64,000 nt of DNA from Acutalibacteraceae bacterium. Its GTDB lineage: Bacteria; Bacillota; Clostridia; Oscillospirales; Acutalibacteraceae. The notes below the pieces were generated by a model that saw only the letters and a list, made by a program, of their open reading frames with translations, did not search any database and was not told where the DNA came from. The position numbers and the translations under genes were made by a program. The stretch covers positions 532 to 64,531 of the forward strand of contig JAZQTZ010000052.1 of the NCBI GenBank assembly GCA_045631105.1, given 5' to 3'. How positions within the stretch are numbered: position 1 is the stretch's first letter; each line of letters opens with the position of its first letter. Positions 1 through 8,729 of the stretch are shown piece after piece.

Positions 1-359
1 AGATGTCCGCCTGCAGAAAAACCGATTGATGCGATTTTTTCTTTGTCAACGCCCCATTCTTCGGCATTCTCGTGGATAATTTTCATAGCCTCATTTACAT
101 CTGCCATAGGCATTGAAAAATCATATCCATCCTTTGCGGAACCGACGGTATAGCGAAGCACAAACGCCGCATATCCCTTTGCAAGAAAAGCAAATGCGAT
201 GGGTTCTGCCTCACGGTCGGAACACATACCGTAGCCGCCGCCGGGAATGACAAGCACACCGGGTCTTATCTTCATTCTGGGCATCTCGGGCGATGCATCG
301 GGAATATATACGGTAAGATTTGCTTTTTCGTTTGTTAATTCTATTTTAAATGTTTTCAT
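1..359 (-). CDS. Alpha/beta hydrolase (esterase/lipase family), 3' end truncated by window edge
   Basis: Manual translation from ATG at 359 (RBS AGAGGTG): MKTFKIELTNEKANLTVYIP...VLVIPGGGY...IASIGFSAGGH. Has the oxyanion PGGGY motif and the GxSxG nucleophile motif. Absent from the ORF track because it is truncated. Confidence 0.85.
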   Translation of the reverse strand, partial: MKTFKIELTNEKANLTVYIPDASPEMPRMKIRPGVLVIPGGGYGMCSDREAEPIAFAFLAKGYAAFVLRYTVGSAKDGYDFSMPMADVNEAMKIIHENAEEWGVDKEKIASIGFSAGGH

Positions 360-360
360 G

Positions 361-1035
361 TTACACCTCTTTAGGTTTGTTCATGGGACATACTTTCATA
401 CATATTCCGCAAACCGAACCTCTGCCGATATGCTGAAACTGTTTTTTCATATACTGACTGCAAGCCTCGGGGTCAAAAATTTCTTCACGGGGAGTTGCAG
501 GAGTCCAGTCTCCGCCTTTGATTGCATTGGCAGGGCAAGCCTTGACACAGATATCGCATCCCGTACAAACACTTTTGGCAAGAGTGTTGTCACAGTCAAA
601 CGGACAGTCTGTAAAAATCGTTCCGAGACGGACATAACTGCCGTATTCATTATGAAGAAACAGAGAATTTCTTCCGATTGAGCCGAGCCCTGCAAGGCAG
701 GCTCCTTTTTTATGGGAATATCTCGCTCTGTAATTCCAGCCGTCTTTATTTATGCTCTGCGAAGCGGCAACGGTTATATATTTATAACCCTTTCTCTGAA
801 GAAACATCCCTGCCTGCAAAAGCATCGAGTCAATAAATGCATTGACATTGCGGTAATGATTGAAATATGTATGGGTAGGCTCATCTTCGATTTCATCGAT
901 AATTTCTTCCGAAAGACGTGCAACAATGCTCACGCCGTAAGGCAGATTTTCCTCGCCGTCCGAAACCTTGAAGAAACCGACATCGGCAACACCTTTTTCA
1001 AGGAGAAACGCCTTTAATTCTTCCTGAATGCTCAT
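361..1035 (-). CDS. 4Fe-4S dicluster protein, epoxyqueuosine reductase (QueG)-like
   Basis: CxxCxxCxxxCP, C-terminal CGICMKVCP and the AGLGSIGRNSL...YGSYVRLG motif of the QueG-like/reductive dehalogenase superfamily. Start moved to MSIQ, which overlaps the prmA stop. Confidence 0.75.
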   Translation of the reverse strand: MSIQEELKAFLLEKGVADVGFFKVSDGEENLPYGVSIVARLSEEIIDEIEDEPTHTYFNHYRNVNAFIDSMLLQAGMFLQRKGYKYITVAASQSINKDGWNYRARYSHKKGACLAGLGSIGRNSLFLHNEYGSYVRLGTIFTDCPFDCDNTLAKSVCTGCDICVKACPANAIKGGDWTPATPREEIFDPEACSQYMKKQFQHIGRGSVCGICMKVCPMNKPKEV

Positions 1036-1961
1036 CGTTTCGCCGCCTTTGCTTCGAAGCAGAGCCAACCGCCGCTTTCATGGCGTGCAATAACCTCGAG
1101 TCCGTTTTCAGCGAATGCAGCAAGAACATCCTCTTCTCGGGGAACAATAATACCCGAAGTGATGAAAACTGCATCGGGATTCATGAAATCCTTGACATTC
1201 TTGCAAAGACCGATGATTATATCCGCAACAATATTTGCGGCAATGATATCGAATTTTCCTGTTACCTTATCGGTTGTTGAACCCTTGAGAACAGTAAATT
1301 TCGGCTCATCAAAGCCGTTTGTTATGCCGTTTTCTTTTGCGGTTTTAACTGCAAGAGCATCGATATCAACACCAACTGCGCTGTCTGCACCGAGAAGAAG
1401 AGATGCAACGGAAAGAATACCGCTTCCGCATCCCACGTCGAGAACAGTTTTGCCGGGATATGCATATTTTTCAAGCGTTTCAAGGCAAAGTCGGGTTGTG
1501 TCATGAGTTCCCGAACCGAATGCAAGACCGGGTTCAAGATGAAGAACTGCTCTGCCCATAGCATCATATTCATCCTCCCAGATGGGGCGGATGAGAAGCC
1601 TTTCGCCAATCGGCATGGGCTTGAAATATTTCTTCCAGTTATTCTCCCAGTCGGAGTTTTTGCAGATAACCTCATCAATTTCGCAATCGATACCCTCTGC
1701 AACATATCTTTCTTTGAGGAAAGAAACCGCTTCGGCAGGATTTTCTTCGGGAGAAACATAAACATGAACTATGCCCTTGCTTCTGTCTTTTGCAAGCAGA
1801 TCCTCATCAATAAGGTCTATTCTTGCAATTTCCCATGCTTCCTGCTCAAGGGTGCGGTAGTCTTCAATATAAATTCCGTAGGGAACAACCATGGAGGCTA
1901 TATCCCCTGCTTTGTCAACCTCATCGGCGTTGACTGTTATTTTAATTTCTGTCCAATCCAT
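1032..1961 (-). CDS. prmA: Ribosomal protein L11 methyltransferase
   Basis: WENNWKKYF, LEPGLAFGSGTHDTT, VLDVGCGSGILS and ANI motifs. Confidence 0.95.
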   Translation of the reverse strand: MDWTEIKITVNADEVDKAGDIASMVVPYGIYIEDYRTLEQEAWEIARIDLIDEDLLAKDRSKGIVHVYVSPEENPAEAVSFLKERYVAEGIDCEIDEVICKNSDWENNWKKYFKPMPIGERLLIRPIWEDEYDAMGRAVLHLEPGLAFGSGTHDTTRLCLETLEKYAYPGKTVLDVGCGSGILSVASLLLGADSAVGVDIDALAVKTAKENGITNGFDEPKFTVLKGSTTDKVTGKFDIIAANIVADIIIGLCKNVKDFMNPDAVFITSGIIVPREEDVLAAFAENGLEVIARHESGGWLCFEAKAAKR

Positions 1962-1973
1962 TTTATTCTCCGA

Positions 1974-3002
1974 TTAATATTTATTATGTACATCTTCTGC
2001 AAAGCAAAGACAGTCCTTGACCTCAATAACAGTTCCGTCATCGAGAATTGCTTTGCCACTCATTCTGCCGAAAACCTGATGCTGGTCGGTAATGATAACC
2101 TTGACATCGATTTTTGCGGCGCGGTCAATAATGGGAACGAATTCCATTTCAAATCTGCCGTCGCTTGATGTGAATGTCCAGGGGTCGGTATATCCGCTTT
2201 CGGGAATGTTGAATGTTACATCGTCAAGCTTATGGCATTTTCCGTCATAGAAAAGCATATTTTCGCTTGCGGCTGTTGTGTCACCGAAGCCGTAGCCGAT
2301 ATTGAAACCGAACGCATGGCCGTCGATATCCATGTTACCTGAGCCCCAGTACCATGTGTTATCGTAAGTCCAGACGCCTCTGCCCCAGTCAAGAGTACCG
2401 AAATCGGTTGAGGGGTCAAAAACATATTCCTTGCCGTCAAAAACAGCCTTTCCGCTAGCTCTCATGCAGTTGATTTTCTGATTATAATAGAAAGCTGTTT
2501 TCTTTTCTTTCCAGGGAGTTGCGATAACCATTGTGTCCATATCGGGCTGGTCAAGAGTGATATCACAATAAAAATCCTTGCCGTCGCAGAATTTTTTGAA
2601 GTTGCAAACTATTCTTCTCTTACCTTCAGTTACCTGAAATTCCATATCAAGACGCTTATCGTGATAAACGGTATCACCTTTTGTGCTGGTTGAAGGAAGC
2701 TTGAATTTACCCATAGGAAGCGCATTGAGAATTGTTTCTGTATGTTCCCAGGGTTTTGAAAAATCAAGAAGGGTTGCAGACTGCAAACCGATATATCCGT
2801 CATCGGAAATTGTGAACGCAACGCCGAAATTATTCTTTTCGGAAATAACGAGATAATAATCCCATTCCTTGATTCTGAATTTCGGAGCTTTGATTGCATT
2901 GCGGTCATACACCTGATAAAGCTGTTTTGACCAGCCGGGTTCTCTGAGGCTTCCGTCCTCCTTAAGCAAAGGCTGAACCTTGGTTACTTCATGGTTTCTC
3001 AT
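1974..3002 (-). CDS. DUF2804 family protein
   Basis: RIKEWDYY, LDWGRGVWTY..WYW and QHQVFG motifs as I recall them for DUF2804. Confidence 0.75.
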   Translation of the reverse strand: MRNHEVTKVQPLLKEDGSLREPGWSKQLYQVYDRNAIKAPKFRIKEWDYYLVISEKNNFGVAFTISDDGYIGLQSATLLDFSKPWEHTETILNALPMGKFKLPSTSTKGDTVYHDKRLDMEFQVTEGKRRIVCNFKKFCDGKDFYCDITLDQPDMDTMVIATPWKEKKTAFYYNQKINCMRASGKAVFDGKEYVFDPSTDFGTLDWGRGVWTYDNTWYWGSGNMDIDGHAFGFNIGYGFGDTTAASENMLFYDGKCHKLDDVTFNIPESGYTDPWTFTSSDGRFEMEFVPIIDRAAKIDVKVIITDQHQVFGRMSGKAILDDGTVIEVKDCLCFAEDVHNKY

Positions 3003-3016
3003 GCATAGTCCTCCTT

Positions 3017-4000
3017 TTATTCACTCATTAATTCCACGTCGCCGATGTAAGCTCTGCCGTGGTTATAAAGATTTCTGTTTTCGAGCGCCCACTGTCTGGG
3101 AGTGAATGCGCCTTCTTCAACGGCATCGACTGCCTGACGCATTTCATAAAGACGGGCATCCATTAAGTCGAGCTCGGAAAGAAGCTCTGCTTCGATAAAC
3201 ATCGGAAGCTTTGCCGCACCGAATTCCGGAGTGCCGTGGTGGGAAATGAGCATATGCTCAACAAGGGTGAGCGTTTCGTCGGAAATTCCGAGATTTCTGC
3301 CTATTCTGTCAATATTTATCGCACCCATAACAAGGTGGCCGAGAAGATTACCTTTTGTTGTATACTCACTTGCGATACCTGTTGAAGAAACATCAATTTC
3401 TTCCATTTTGGCAACATCGTGAAGAATTGCGCCCGTGCAGAGAAGGTCGTAATTAACAAATTTATAAATTTTGCAAACGCTTTCCGCAAGTCTTAAAATC
3501 GAGAGGGTATGCATAAGCAGACCGCTTCTTACCGCATGGTGAAGATTCTTTGCTGCAGGCCAGAAGAGAATTCTTTCTCTGTATTCCTCAATAACGGCAA
3601 AAACAAGTTTTTTGAGTTCTTCATCCTTGAATGACTCAACGATTTTTTCAACCTCAGCAAGCATGACATCACCCGTAAGGCAAGCTGAGGGAACATAGTC
3701 CTCAATCATAACGTTATCCTCGGGCAAAACCTGACGGATGCGTTCAACTCTGAACTGCATTGTGTCGTTGAAAGGAACATAAGAGCCTCTCACCTTAACA
3801 AAATCAGACTTGTTATATTGATTAGTCGGCGATTCTTTATAGTCCCAGAGCTTTGCGCTGATTTCACCGCTGTTATCGGCAAGAATAAAATCAAGATAGG
3901 GAACGCCCTTTGCAGTAAGCTTTTTTTCAACCGATTTTATCAGGCAGAAACCTTCGTGAGTTCCTGCTCCTCCGACGGGAGTAAAATTCATATATATCAT
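3017..4000 (-). CDS. yhaM: 3'-5' exoribonuclease YhaM (OB fold + HD domain)
   Basis: N-terminal OB fold (GVPYLDFILADNSGEISAKLWD), PAAKNLHHA, LHDVAK and SHHG motifs. Confidence 0.9.
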   Translation of the reverse strand: MIYMNFTPVGGAGTHEGFCLIKSVEKKLTAKGVPYLDFILADNSGEISAKLWDYKESPTNQYNKSDFVKVRGSYVPFNDTMQFRVERIRQVLPEDNVMIEDYVPSACLTGDVMLAEVEKIVESFKDEELKKLVFAVIEEYRERILFWPAAKNLHHAVRSGLLMHTLSILRLAESVCKIYKFVNYDLLCTGAILHDVAKMEEIDVSSTGIASEYTTKGNLLGHLVMGAINIDRIGRNLGISDETLTLVEHMLISHHGTPEFGAAKLPMFIEAELLSELDLMDARLYEMRQAVDAVEEGAFTPRQWALENRNLYNHGRAYIGDVELMSE

Positions 4001-4088
4001 CCTTTCGGGTAATATTTTTAATTATAATCATTGTATCATATATTTATTTAAAACACAAACTCAAATTTTGTTAATTTCGATATTTTTA

Positions 4089-4116
4089 TTGACAAAATCA
4101 CAGCAAGTATTATAAT
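4089..4116 (+). promoter_or_regulatory. SigA promoter for FMN riboswitch-ribU
   Basis: TTGACA (4089-4094) N16 TATAAT (4111-4116). Confidence 0.8.
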
Positions 4117-4129
4117 AAAATCAATAACA

Positions 4130-4240
4130 GTTCTCGGGGCGGGGTGAAATTCCCCACCGGTGGTATAGTCCACGAACTACTTTCAAGTAGCTGATGCGGT
4201 GAAACTCCGCAACCGACGGTAAAGTCCGGATGAAAGAGAA
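4130..4240 (+). ncRNA. FMN riboswitch (RFN element)
   Basis: TTCTCGGGGCGGGGTGAAATTCCCCACCGGTGGTA...CCGACGGTAAAGTCCGGATGAAAGAGAA matches the RFN consensus and lies upstream of an ECF S-component. Confidence 0.97.
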
Positions 4241-4262
4241 TGCTGATAAACCAAGCATTTCG

Positions 4263-4287
4263 CCCTGCATTTTTGCAGGGTTTTTTG
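4263..4287 (+). terminator. Riboswitch expression-platform terminator
   Basis: CCCTGC-N6-GCAGGG followed by TTTTTTG, between the aptamer and ribU. Confidence 0.85.
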
Positions 4288-4333
4288 TTTGTTTCGGCAT
4301 CTCCGTGCAGAGCTTTAAAAAGGAGATAAAAAC

Positions 4334-4903
4334 ATGAAAAACAACCAACAAAAAGTTATCAAAACCGCCATAATGGCAATGCTTACGGCGCTTTCGATAG
4401 TGTCGCTCTATGTTGTCAGATTCCCGCTGATACCTGCCGCACCTTTCCTTGAATATGACGCCGCAGACATTCCCGTTCTTATCGGTTCAATGCTTCTCGG
4501 ACCCGTTTCGGGCATTGTTGTTCTTCTTGCAGTTTGCATCATTCAGGCAATAACCGTCAGCGCATCAAGCGGAATCATAGGATTTTTTATGCATTTCATT
4601 GCTTCAACGGTGCTCATTCTCACAGCGGCGTGCATTTATAAGAAAAAGAAAACAACCGCAAGCCTTGTTGCAGGTCTTGTTATCGGTTCAATCGCAATGA
4701 CAATTGTTATGATTCCTCTCAACCTCATTTTCACGGGAATTTTCATGGGTGCAGGCACTCAGACTGTTGTCGGCATGCTTATCCCTGCAATCATTCCGTT
4801 CAATCTTCTCAAGGCCGGCATAAACTCTGCCGTAACCTTTGCGGTATTTCTTCCGATTTCAAAGGTTCTCAAAAAATATGTCAAGGATGCAGATAAAGAA
4901 TGA
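4334..4903 (+). CDS. ribU: Riboflavin ECF transporter S component
   Basis: Hydrophobic 189 aa with FPLIPAAPFLEYD..D.P and IIPFNLLK motifs, under an FMN riboswitch. Confidence 0.9.
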   Translation: MKNNQQKVIKTAIMAMLTALSIVSLYVVRFPLIPAAPFLEYDAADIPVLIGSMLLGPVSGIVVLLAVCIIQAITVSASSGIIGFFMHFIASTVLILTAACIYKKKKTTASLVAGLVIGSIAMTIVMIPLNLIFTGIFMGAGTQTVVGMLIPAIIPFNLLKAGINSAVTFAVFLPISKVLKKYVKDADKE

Positions 4904-5373
4904 TAGTTCACCCTATTCCCCCGTTATTTGACGAAAACTCAAAAACGCTCATTCTCGGTTCATTTCCGTCAGTCAAATCAAGAGAAGCCGCATTTTTCTA
5001 TGGTCATCCGCAGAACAGATTCTGGTCGGTTCTTGCAACAATTTACGGAGTTGAGAAACCGAAGAGCGTTGAAGAAAAGAAAAAACTTGTTCTTGAAAAC
5101 AACCTGGCTTTGTGGGATGTTATCGCTTCATGTGAAATAGTGGGAAGCTCCGACAGTTCGATATCCGACGTTACCGCAAATGACCTGAGTATTATCATCA
5201 ACAACAGCAAGGTTGAACGCATTTTTGTCAACGGAAAGACGGCTGAAAAATATTATAATAAATACACCTATCCGAAAACAGGAATAAAGGCGGTATGCCT
5301 CCCATCAACAAGCCCTGCAAATGCAGCATGGAGTCTTGAAAAACTTTCCGAAGCATGGAAAATCATAAAATAA
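4900..5373 (+). CDS. DNA-deoxyinosine (hypoxanthine) glycosylase, UDG superfamily
   Basis: LILGSFPSVKS, YGHPQNRFW, LWDV and LPSTSPANA motifs. Confidence 0.9.
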   Translation: MIVHPIPPLFDENSKTLILGSFPSVKSREAAFFYGHPQNRFWSVLATIYGVEKPKSVEEKKKLVLENNLALWDVIASCEIVGSSDSSISDVTANDLSIIINNSKVERIFVNGKTAEKYYNKYTYPKTGIKAVCLPSTSPANAAWSLEKLSEAWKIIK

Positions 5374-5401
5374 AGCGGTGCAAATATCTGCACCGCTTTT
5401 T
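5372..5401 (+). terminator. Intrinsic terminator after ribU-glycosylase
   Basis: AAAGCGGTGCA-N6-TGCACCGCTTTTT. Confidence 0.85.
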
Positions 5402-5472
5402 ATAATCCGAATATACTGATAGCAGAAGGACAGGCAAATTTGAAATTTTTTGCTCCCCGATTTCAAATCTGC

Positions 5473-5502
5473 GTTTATTTTGCCTGCCACATGCCAAAAA
5501 TA
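5473..5502 (+). promoter_or_regulatory. Putative SigF/SigG-type promoter upstream of mazF
   Basis: GTTTA-N15-GCCAAAAATA, compared with the B. subtilis SigF consensus GYWTA-N15-GGnnAnAnTW (one mismatch). Confidence 0.45.
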
Positions 5503-5542
5503 GTTGTGAAAGTTAAACTTTGCATTTTCGGAGAGTGATTAC

Positions 5543-5896
5543 ATGACCGTTAAACGGGGAGAAATTTATTATGCAGACCTGAGTCCCGTCATAGGCTCAG
5601 AACAAGGAGGCACAAGACCTGTTCTGATTGTTCAGAACGATGTCGGCAACAAATTCAGTCCGACGGTTATCGCCGCCGCAATAACAAGCCAACGATTCAA
5701 AACAAGTCTGCCGACACACATAAGAGTCAATGCCGACGGTTGCGGACTTGCCAAAGATTCGATTGTTTTGCTCGAACAGGTACGTACTCTCGATAAAAAA
5801 AGATTGAGAGAAAAAATGGGAATTCTTGATGAAACCGATATGGTGAGAGTGGACAGAGCTTTATCGGTGAGTCTGGGGATAGGTGCAACCGAATAA
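5543..5896 (+). CDS. mazF: PemK/MazF family endoribonuclease (NdoA/EndoA-like)
   Basis: KRGEIYYADLSPVIGSEQGGTRPVLIVQNDVGNKFSPTVIAAAIT...DSIVLLEQVRTLDK, close to B. subtilis NdoA. Confidence 0.95.
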   Translation: MTVKRGEIYYADLSPVIGSEQGGTRPVLIVQNDVGNKFSPTVIAAAITSQRFKTSLPTHIRVNADGCGLAKDSIVLLEQVRTLDKKRLREKMGILDETDMVRVDRALSVSLGIGATE

Positions 5897-5901
5897 CAAA
5901 A

Positions 5902-5936
5902 AAGACTTGCACGGGCAAACAGCCTATGCAAGTCTT
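5902..5936. terminator. Bidirectional terminator between mazF and pduL
   Basis: AAGACTTGCA...TGCAAGTCTT inverted repeat between convergent genes. Confidence 0.7.
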
Positions 5937-5948
5937 AATTTTTATAAA

Positions 5949-6521
5949 TTAAAGGATTTCACCCATCATGCCGGGAACTGCACCAGCAGCATTTGATTCG
6001 TCTGTATCAATGTGCATAGCAAGAGCAAAGTTGGGGTTAACTCTTACAACAACGTCATCAAAAACAAGCTTTCTGCCATCGGATTCAACCTTAACGCAAA
6101 CAATCTGCTTATCCTCAAGACCGTATTTTTCAGCATCTGCAGGAGTTGCATGAATATGTCTCTTTGCGGAGATAACGCCGCATTCGATTTCAACTTCACC
6201 CTTGGGTCCTACGAGCTTGCACTTACCGCTTTCTGCGATATCTCCGCTTTCACGAACGGGAGCCTTAACGCCGATTGAACGAGCATCTGTGAGTGAAAGC
6301 TCAACCTGGGTTGAGGGACGAACGGGTCCAAGAATTGAAACTGCGGGGAAGCTGCCTTTTTCGCCTACAACTGCTACTCTTTCTTCGCAAGCGAACTGAC
6401 CGGGCTGTGAGAGGTCTTTTTTGTGGGTAAGTTCATAACCTTCGCCGAAAAGAATATCGAGATCTGCACGGCTTACATGAACGTGACGGGCTGAAGTTTC
6501 AACAAGAACTTCCTTTTTCAT
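5949..6521 (-). CDS. pduL: Phosphate propanoyltransferase / phosphotransacylase PduL
   Basis: SARHVH, LSQPGQFA, KRHIH and MHIDTDE motifs. Confidence 0.95.
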   Translation of the reverse strand: MKKEVLVETSARHVHVSRADLDILFGEGYELTHKKDLSQPGQFACEERVAVVGEKGSFPAVSILGPVRPSTQVELSLTDARSIGVKAPVRESGDIAESGKCKLVGPKGEVEIECGVISAKRHIHATPADAEKYGLEDKQIVCVKVESDGRKLVFDDVVVRVNPNFALAMHIDTDESNAAGAVPGMMGEIL

Positions 6522-6596
6522 AATTAATCACCTTTATTTCAAGAATTTTTTAACAGAATAATGGTGACCGCATAAATACGGTCACCAAAAATCAAA

Positions 6597-7502
6597 TTAC
6601 CAGTTGATTGTGTAATCGTTCTCTGTTGAGAAGGGAAGAACAACGTCTGTATCACCGAGAGGGATATAGAGGGTCCAGTAAAGCATATAGTTAGCTGAAA
6701 GAACGTTGCCTGTTGCAGCGTCAACTGTTACCTTAACTGTACTTGCAGGGTAAGCTGTTGCAACTGTACCAACGCTGAACATGCTCTTAACAACACCGGG
6801 AATATAAGCGTCGATAATACCGGGAAGAACAGCGTTGAAAGCCTTGGGAGCATGGCCTGAACCGTGCTTATAGCTTTCTGAACGGGGATCGTCCTTTGTT
6901 GTGATTGTGATTATGTATTTGCCGTTGTTTTCTTTGATTGTTGCTGACTTAACGTCTGCAGCTGTGAGCTTGCTTGCATATGTTTCATTTTCAACAGGGA
7001 AGAAAGCATTCTTATCTTCAGCTGTTGACCATGTAACGTTCTTCTTGCTTTCGTCTTCGCCCATGTTATCCTTGATAAGGCTCTGGCCGATTGAGTCAAG
7101 AGCCTTGGGGATACCTGTGATTTCGCCTGCAACTGCATGCTTCATGTAGTTGGAATGGATGCTCTTTGACTTTGACTTTGCATTGTTGATAGCTGTGTTG
7201 TAATAAGCAACGATTTCTTCTGTGCCCTGAGGTATAGCGTTTGCAGCTTCTGTTGTTTCAGCAGTTGTTGTTTCGTCTGCAACTGTTGTGTCTTCAACTG
7301 CAGCTGTGGTATCTTCGATAGCTGCTGTTGTGTCTTCGATTGCAGCAGTGGTATCTTCGATAGCTGCTGTTGTGTCTTCTTCAATAGCTGCTGTTGTGTC
7401 TGCGGGAACGGTTGTTGTTTCGTCTTCTGTTTTGCCGCCGCATGCAGCGAAAGCAAATACGAAGCTGAGTGCGAGAAGAATTGCAAGAATTTTCTTTGCC
7501 AT
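6597..7502 (-). CDS. Lipoprotein with a Thr/Ala/Glu/Asp-rich repeat linker, function unknown
   Basis: Start MAKK at 7502 (RBS GGAGG), lipobox FAFAAC, (IEDTTAA)n linker, then a globular C-terminal domain. Own promoter TTGCAA-N17-TATACT and own terminator at about 6562-6587. Confidence 0.8.
   Translation of the reverse strand: MAKKILAILLALSFVFAFAACGGKTEDETTTVPADTTAAIEEDTTAAIEDTTAAIEDTTAAIEDTTAAVEDTTVADETTTAETTEAANAIPQGTEEIVAYYNTAINNAKSKSKSIHSNYMKHAVAGEITGIPKALDSIGQSLIKDNMGEDESKKNVTWSTAEDKNAFFPVENETYASKLTAADVKSATIKENNGKYIITITTKDDPRSESYKHGSGHAPKAFNAVLPGIIDAYIPGVVKSMFSVGTVATAYPASTVKVTVDAATGNVLSANYMLYWTLYIPLGDTDVVLPFSTENDYTINW
7287..7400 (-). repeat. Degenerate ~21-bp coding tandem repeat (IEDTTAA x ~5)
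   Basis: Repeats of tcttcgat(a/t)gc(t/a)gc(t/a)gt(t/g)gt on the plus strand. Confidence 0.85.
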
Positions 7503-7719
7503 TGTCTTTTCCTCCAAAATTTTGTTTTTTGATACGCTACAGACAAAATCTGACAGATTACTGCTGTAACGGCGTATGAAATAAGTATAGTATAAAACTA
7601 TTATAATTGCAAGCAAAAAATTGATATATCGGACACATTTTTTGAAGTTTGTCAACATTTCATTAACAACAGGCATAAAAATCCGACCTGCAAAACAAAG
7701 TGCAGGTCGGTACAATTTT

Positions 7720-8688
7720 TTATTTTGCAATGTAGAAAGCTTCGTCAGAAAGCAAATCTTCTCCGACAAATCCAAGGCTTTCGTTAACAAGCATCTTCAT
7801 TTTTTCTCTTTCGGCATAATTGAGGCTGCAGTAATAACTGAGATAAGTCATTGATGTTTCAACATCCGCAAAGAAACCTGCTTCATTCAAATGAATTGAA
7901 CCCGATTCTGCATTGTTGATTATAAAGTTTACGGAAACCTCGTTGAACATTATAAATTCTTCAACAATGTCGGGGTTTGACTCAATATACTCATTTCTTG
8001 CAACAACAACACTGTGAATGGGAAGACTCTTTTTCTGCTCTATCCATTTTCCGGTAAAGTCAATAGCTGTTTTTCTTCCTTCATCAACGGGAAGCTTTGC
8101 TGCGTCAATGCCCGCAAGCATAAGCACATATTTATCCTTACTTGCTATTTCACCCGCAAGTTCATCAACGCTGTTCATTTTCTGAATATCAAGGCTTTCA
8201 TAATCAACGCCGTTATCTTTGATAAGTGTTTCTGTGAAAAGCTGAGTTTCATAGTCATTTTCCAACGTATAGATTGTGTTTTTCTTCAAATCGGAGAAAC
8301 CAGAAATTTCAACACCTTTTGTTATAACATACATCGATGTCAAATTGTTTGAAGCAATAATTTTAACGCCTGCATCGGTCGTGCAAAGCTCTATGGCATT
8401 TGAAAGACCCATTGAAGCAATATCGGCTTTTCCGCTTCTGATCATATCCATAACCTGCTTAACATCATCATAATAAGTAACGTCATAAGCATAGTCCCTG
8501 TCTTTGGCGAGCTTTGAAACGCCGAATCCGCTTACGTCGTTCACCGCAGCAACAACTGTTTTGGTTTCGCGGACGTAGTTTGTTGTTGACGGAGTATCGG
8601 TTATTGTTTCTCCGCCGTTTTCACCGCATGAAGCAAATGATAAGAGCATGAGAACTGCACTTAATAATGCGATAATTCTTTTAGTCAT
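7720..8688 (-). CDS. Substrate-binding lipoprotein, NMT1/SsuA/TauA-like
   Basis: Lipobox LSFASC, 'SGKADIA' and 'VVVARNEYIESNPDIVEEF' segments typical of this family. No permease or ATPase gene adjacent. Confidence 0.7.
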   Translation of the reverse strand: MTKRIIALLSAVLMLLSFASCGENGGETITDTPSTTNYVRETKTVVAAVNDVSGFGVSKLAKDRDYAYDVTYYDDVKQVMDMIRSGKADIASMGLSNAIELCTTDAGVKIIASNNLTSMYVITKGVEISGFSDLKKNTIYTLENDYETQLFTETLIKDNGVDYESLDIQKMNSVDELAGEIASKDKYVLMLAGIDAAKLPVDEGRKTAIDFTGKWIEQKKSLPIHSVVVARNEYIESNPDIVEEFIMFNEVSVNFIINNAESGSIHLNEAGFFADVETSMTYLSYYCSLNYAEREKMKMLVNESLGFVGEDLLSDEAFYIAK

Positions 8689-8729
8689 GTCCCTAACCTC
8701 GTTTCTGTTTTTATACTTGAATTATACAG

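Noticed and set aside
1503-2168. Long antisense or alternate-frame ORFs (also 27294-28067, 33641-34252 and many Q/L-rich ones)
   Set aside because: These are shadows of well-supported genes caused by codon bias. They lack RBSs and recognisable motifs.
4900-5896. Glycosylase plus MazF as an anti-phage defence pair
   Set aside because: A strong terminator separates them, the context is core housekeeping, and there are no island or mobility signatures.
7287-7400. Tandem repeats as a possible CRISPR array
   Set aside because: They are in-frame coding repeats with no unique spacers, and there are no cas genes.
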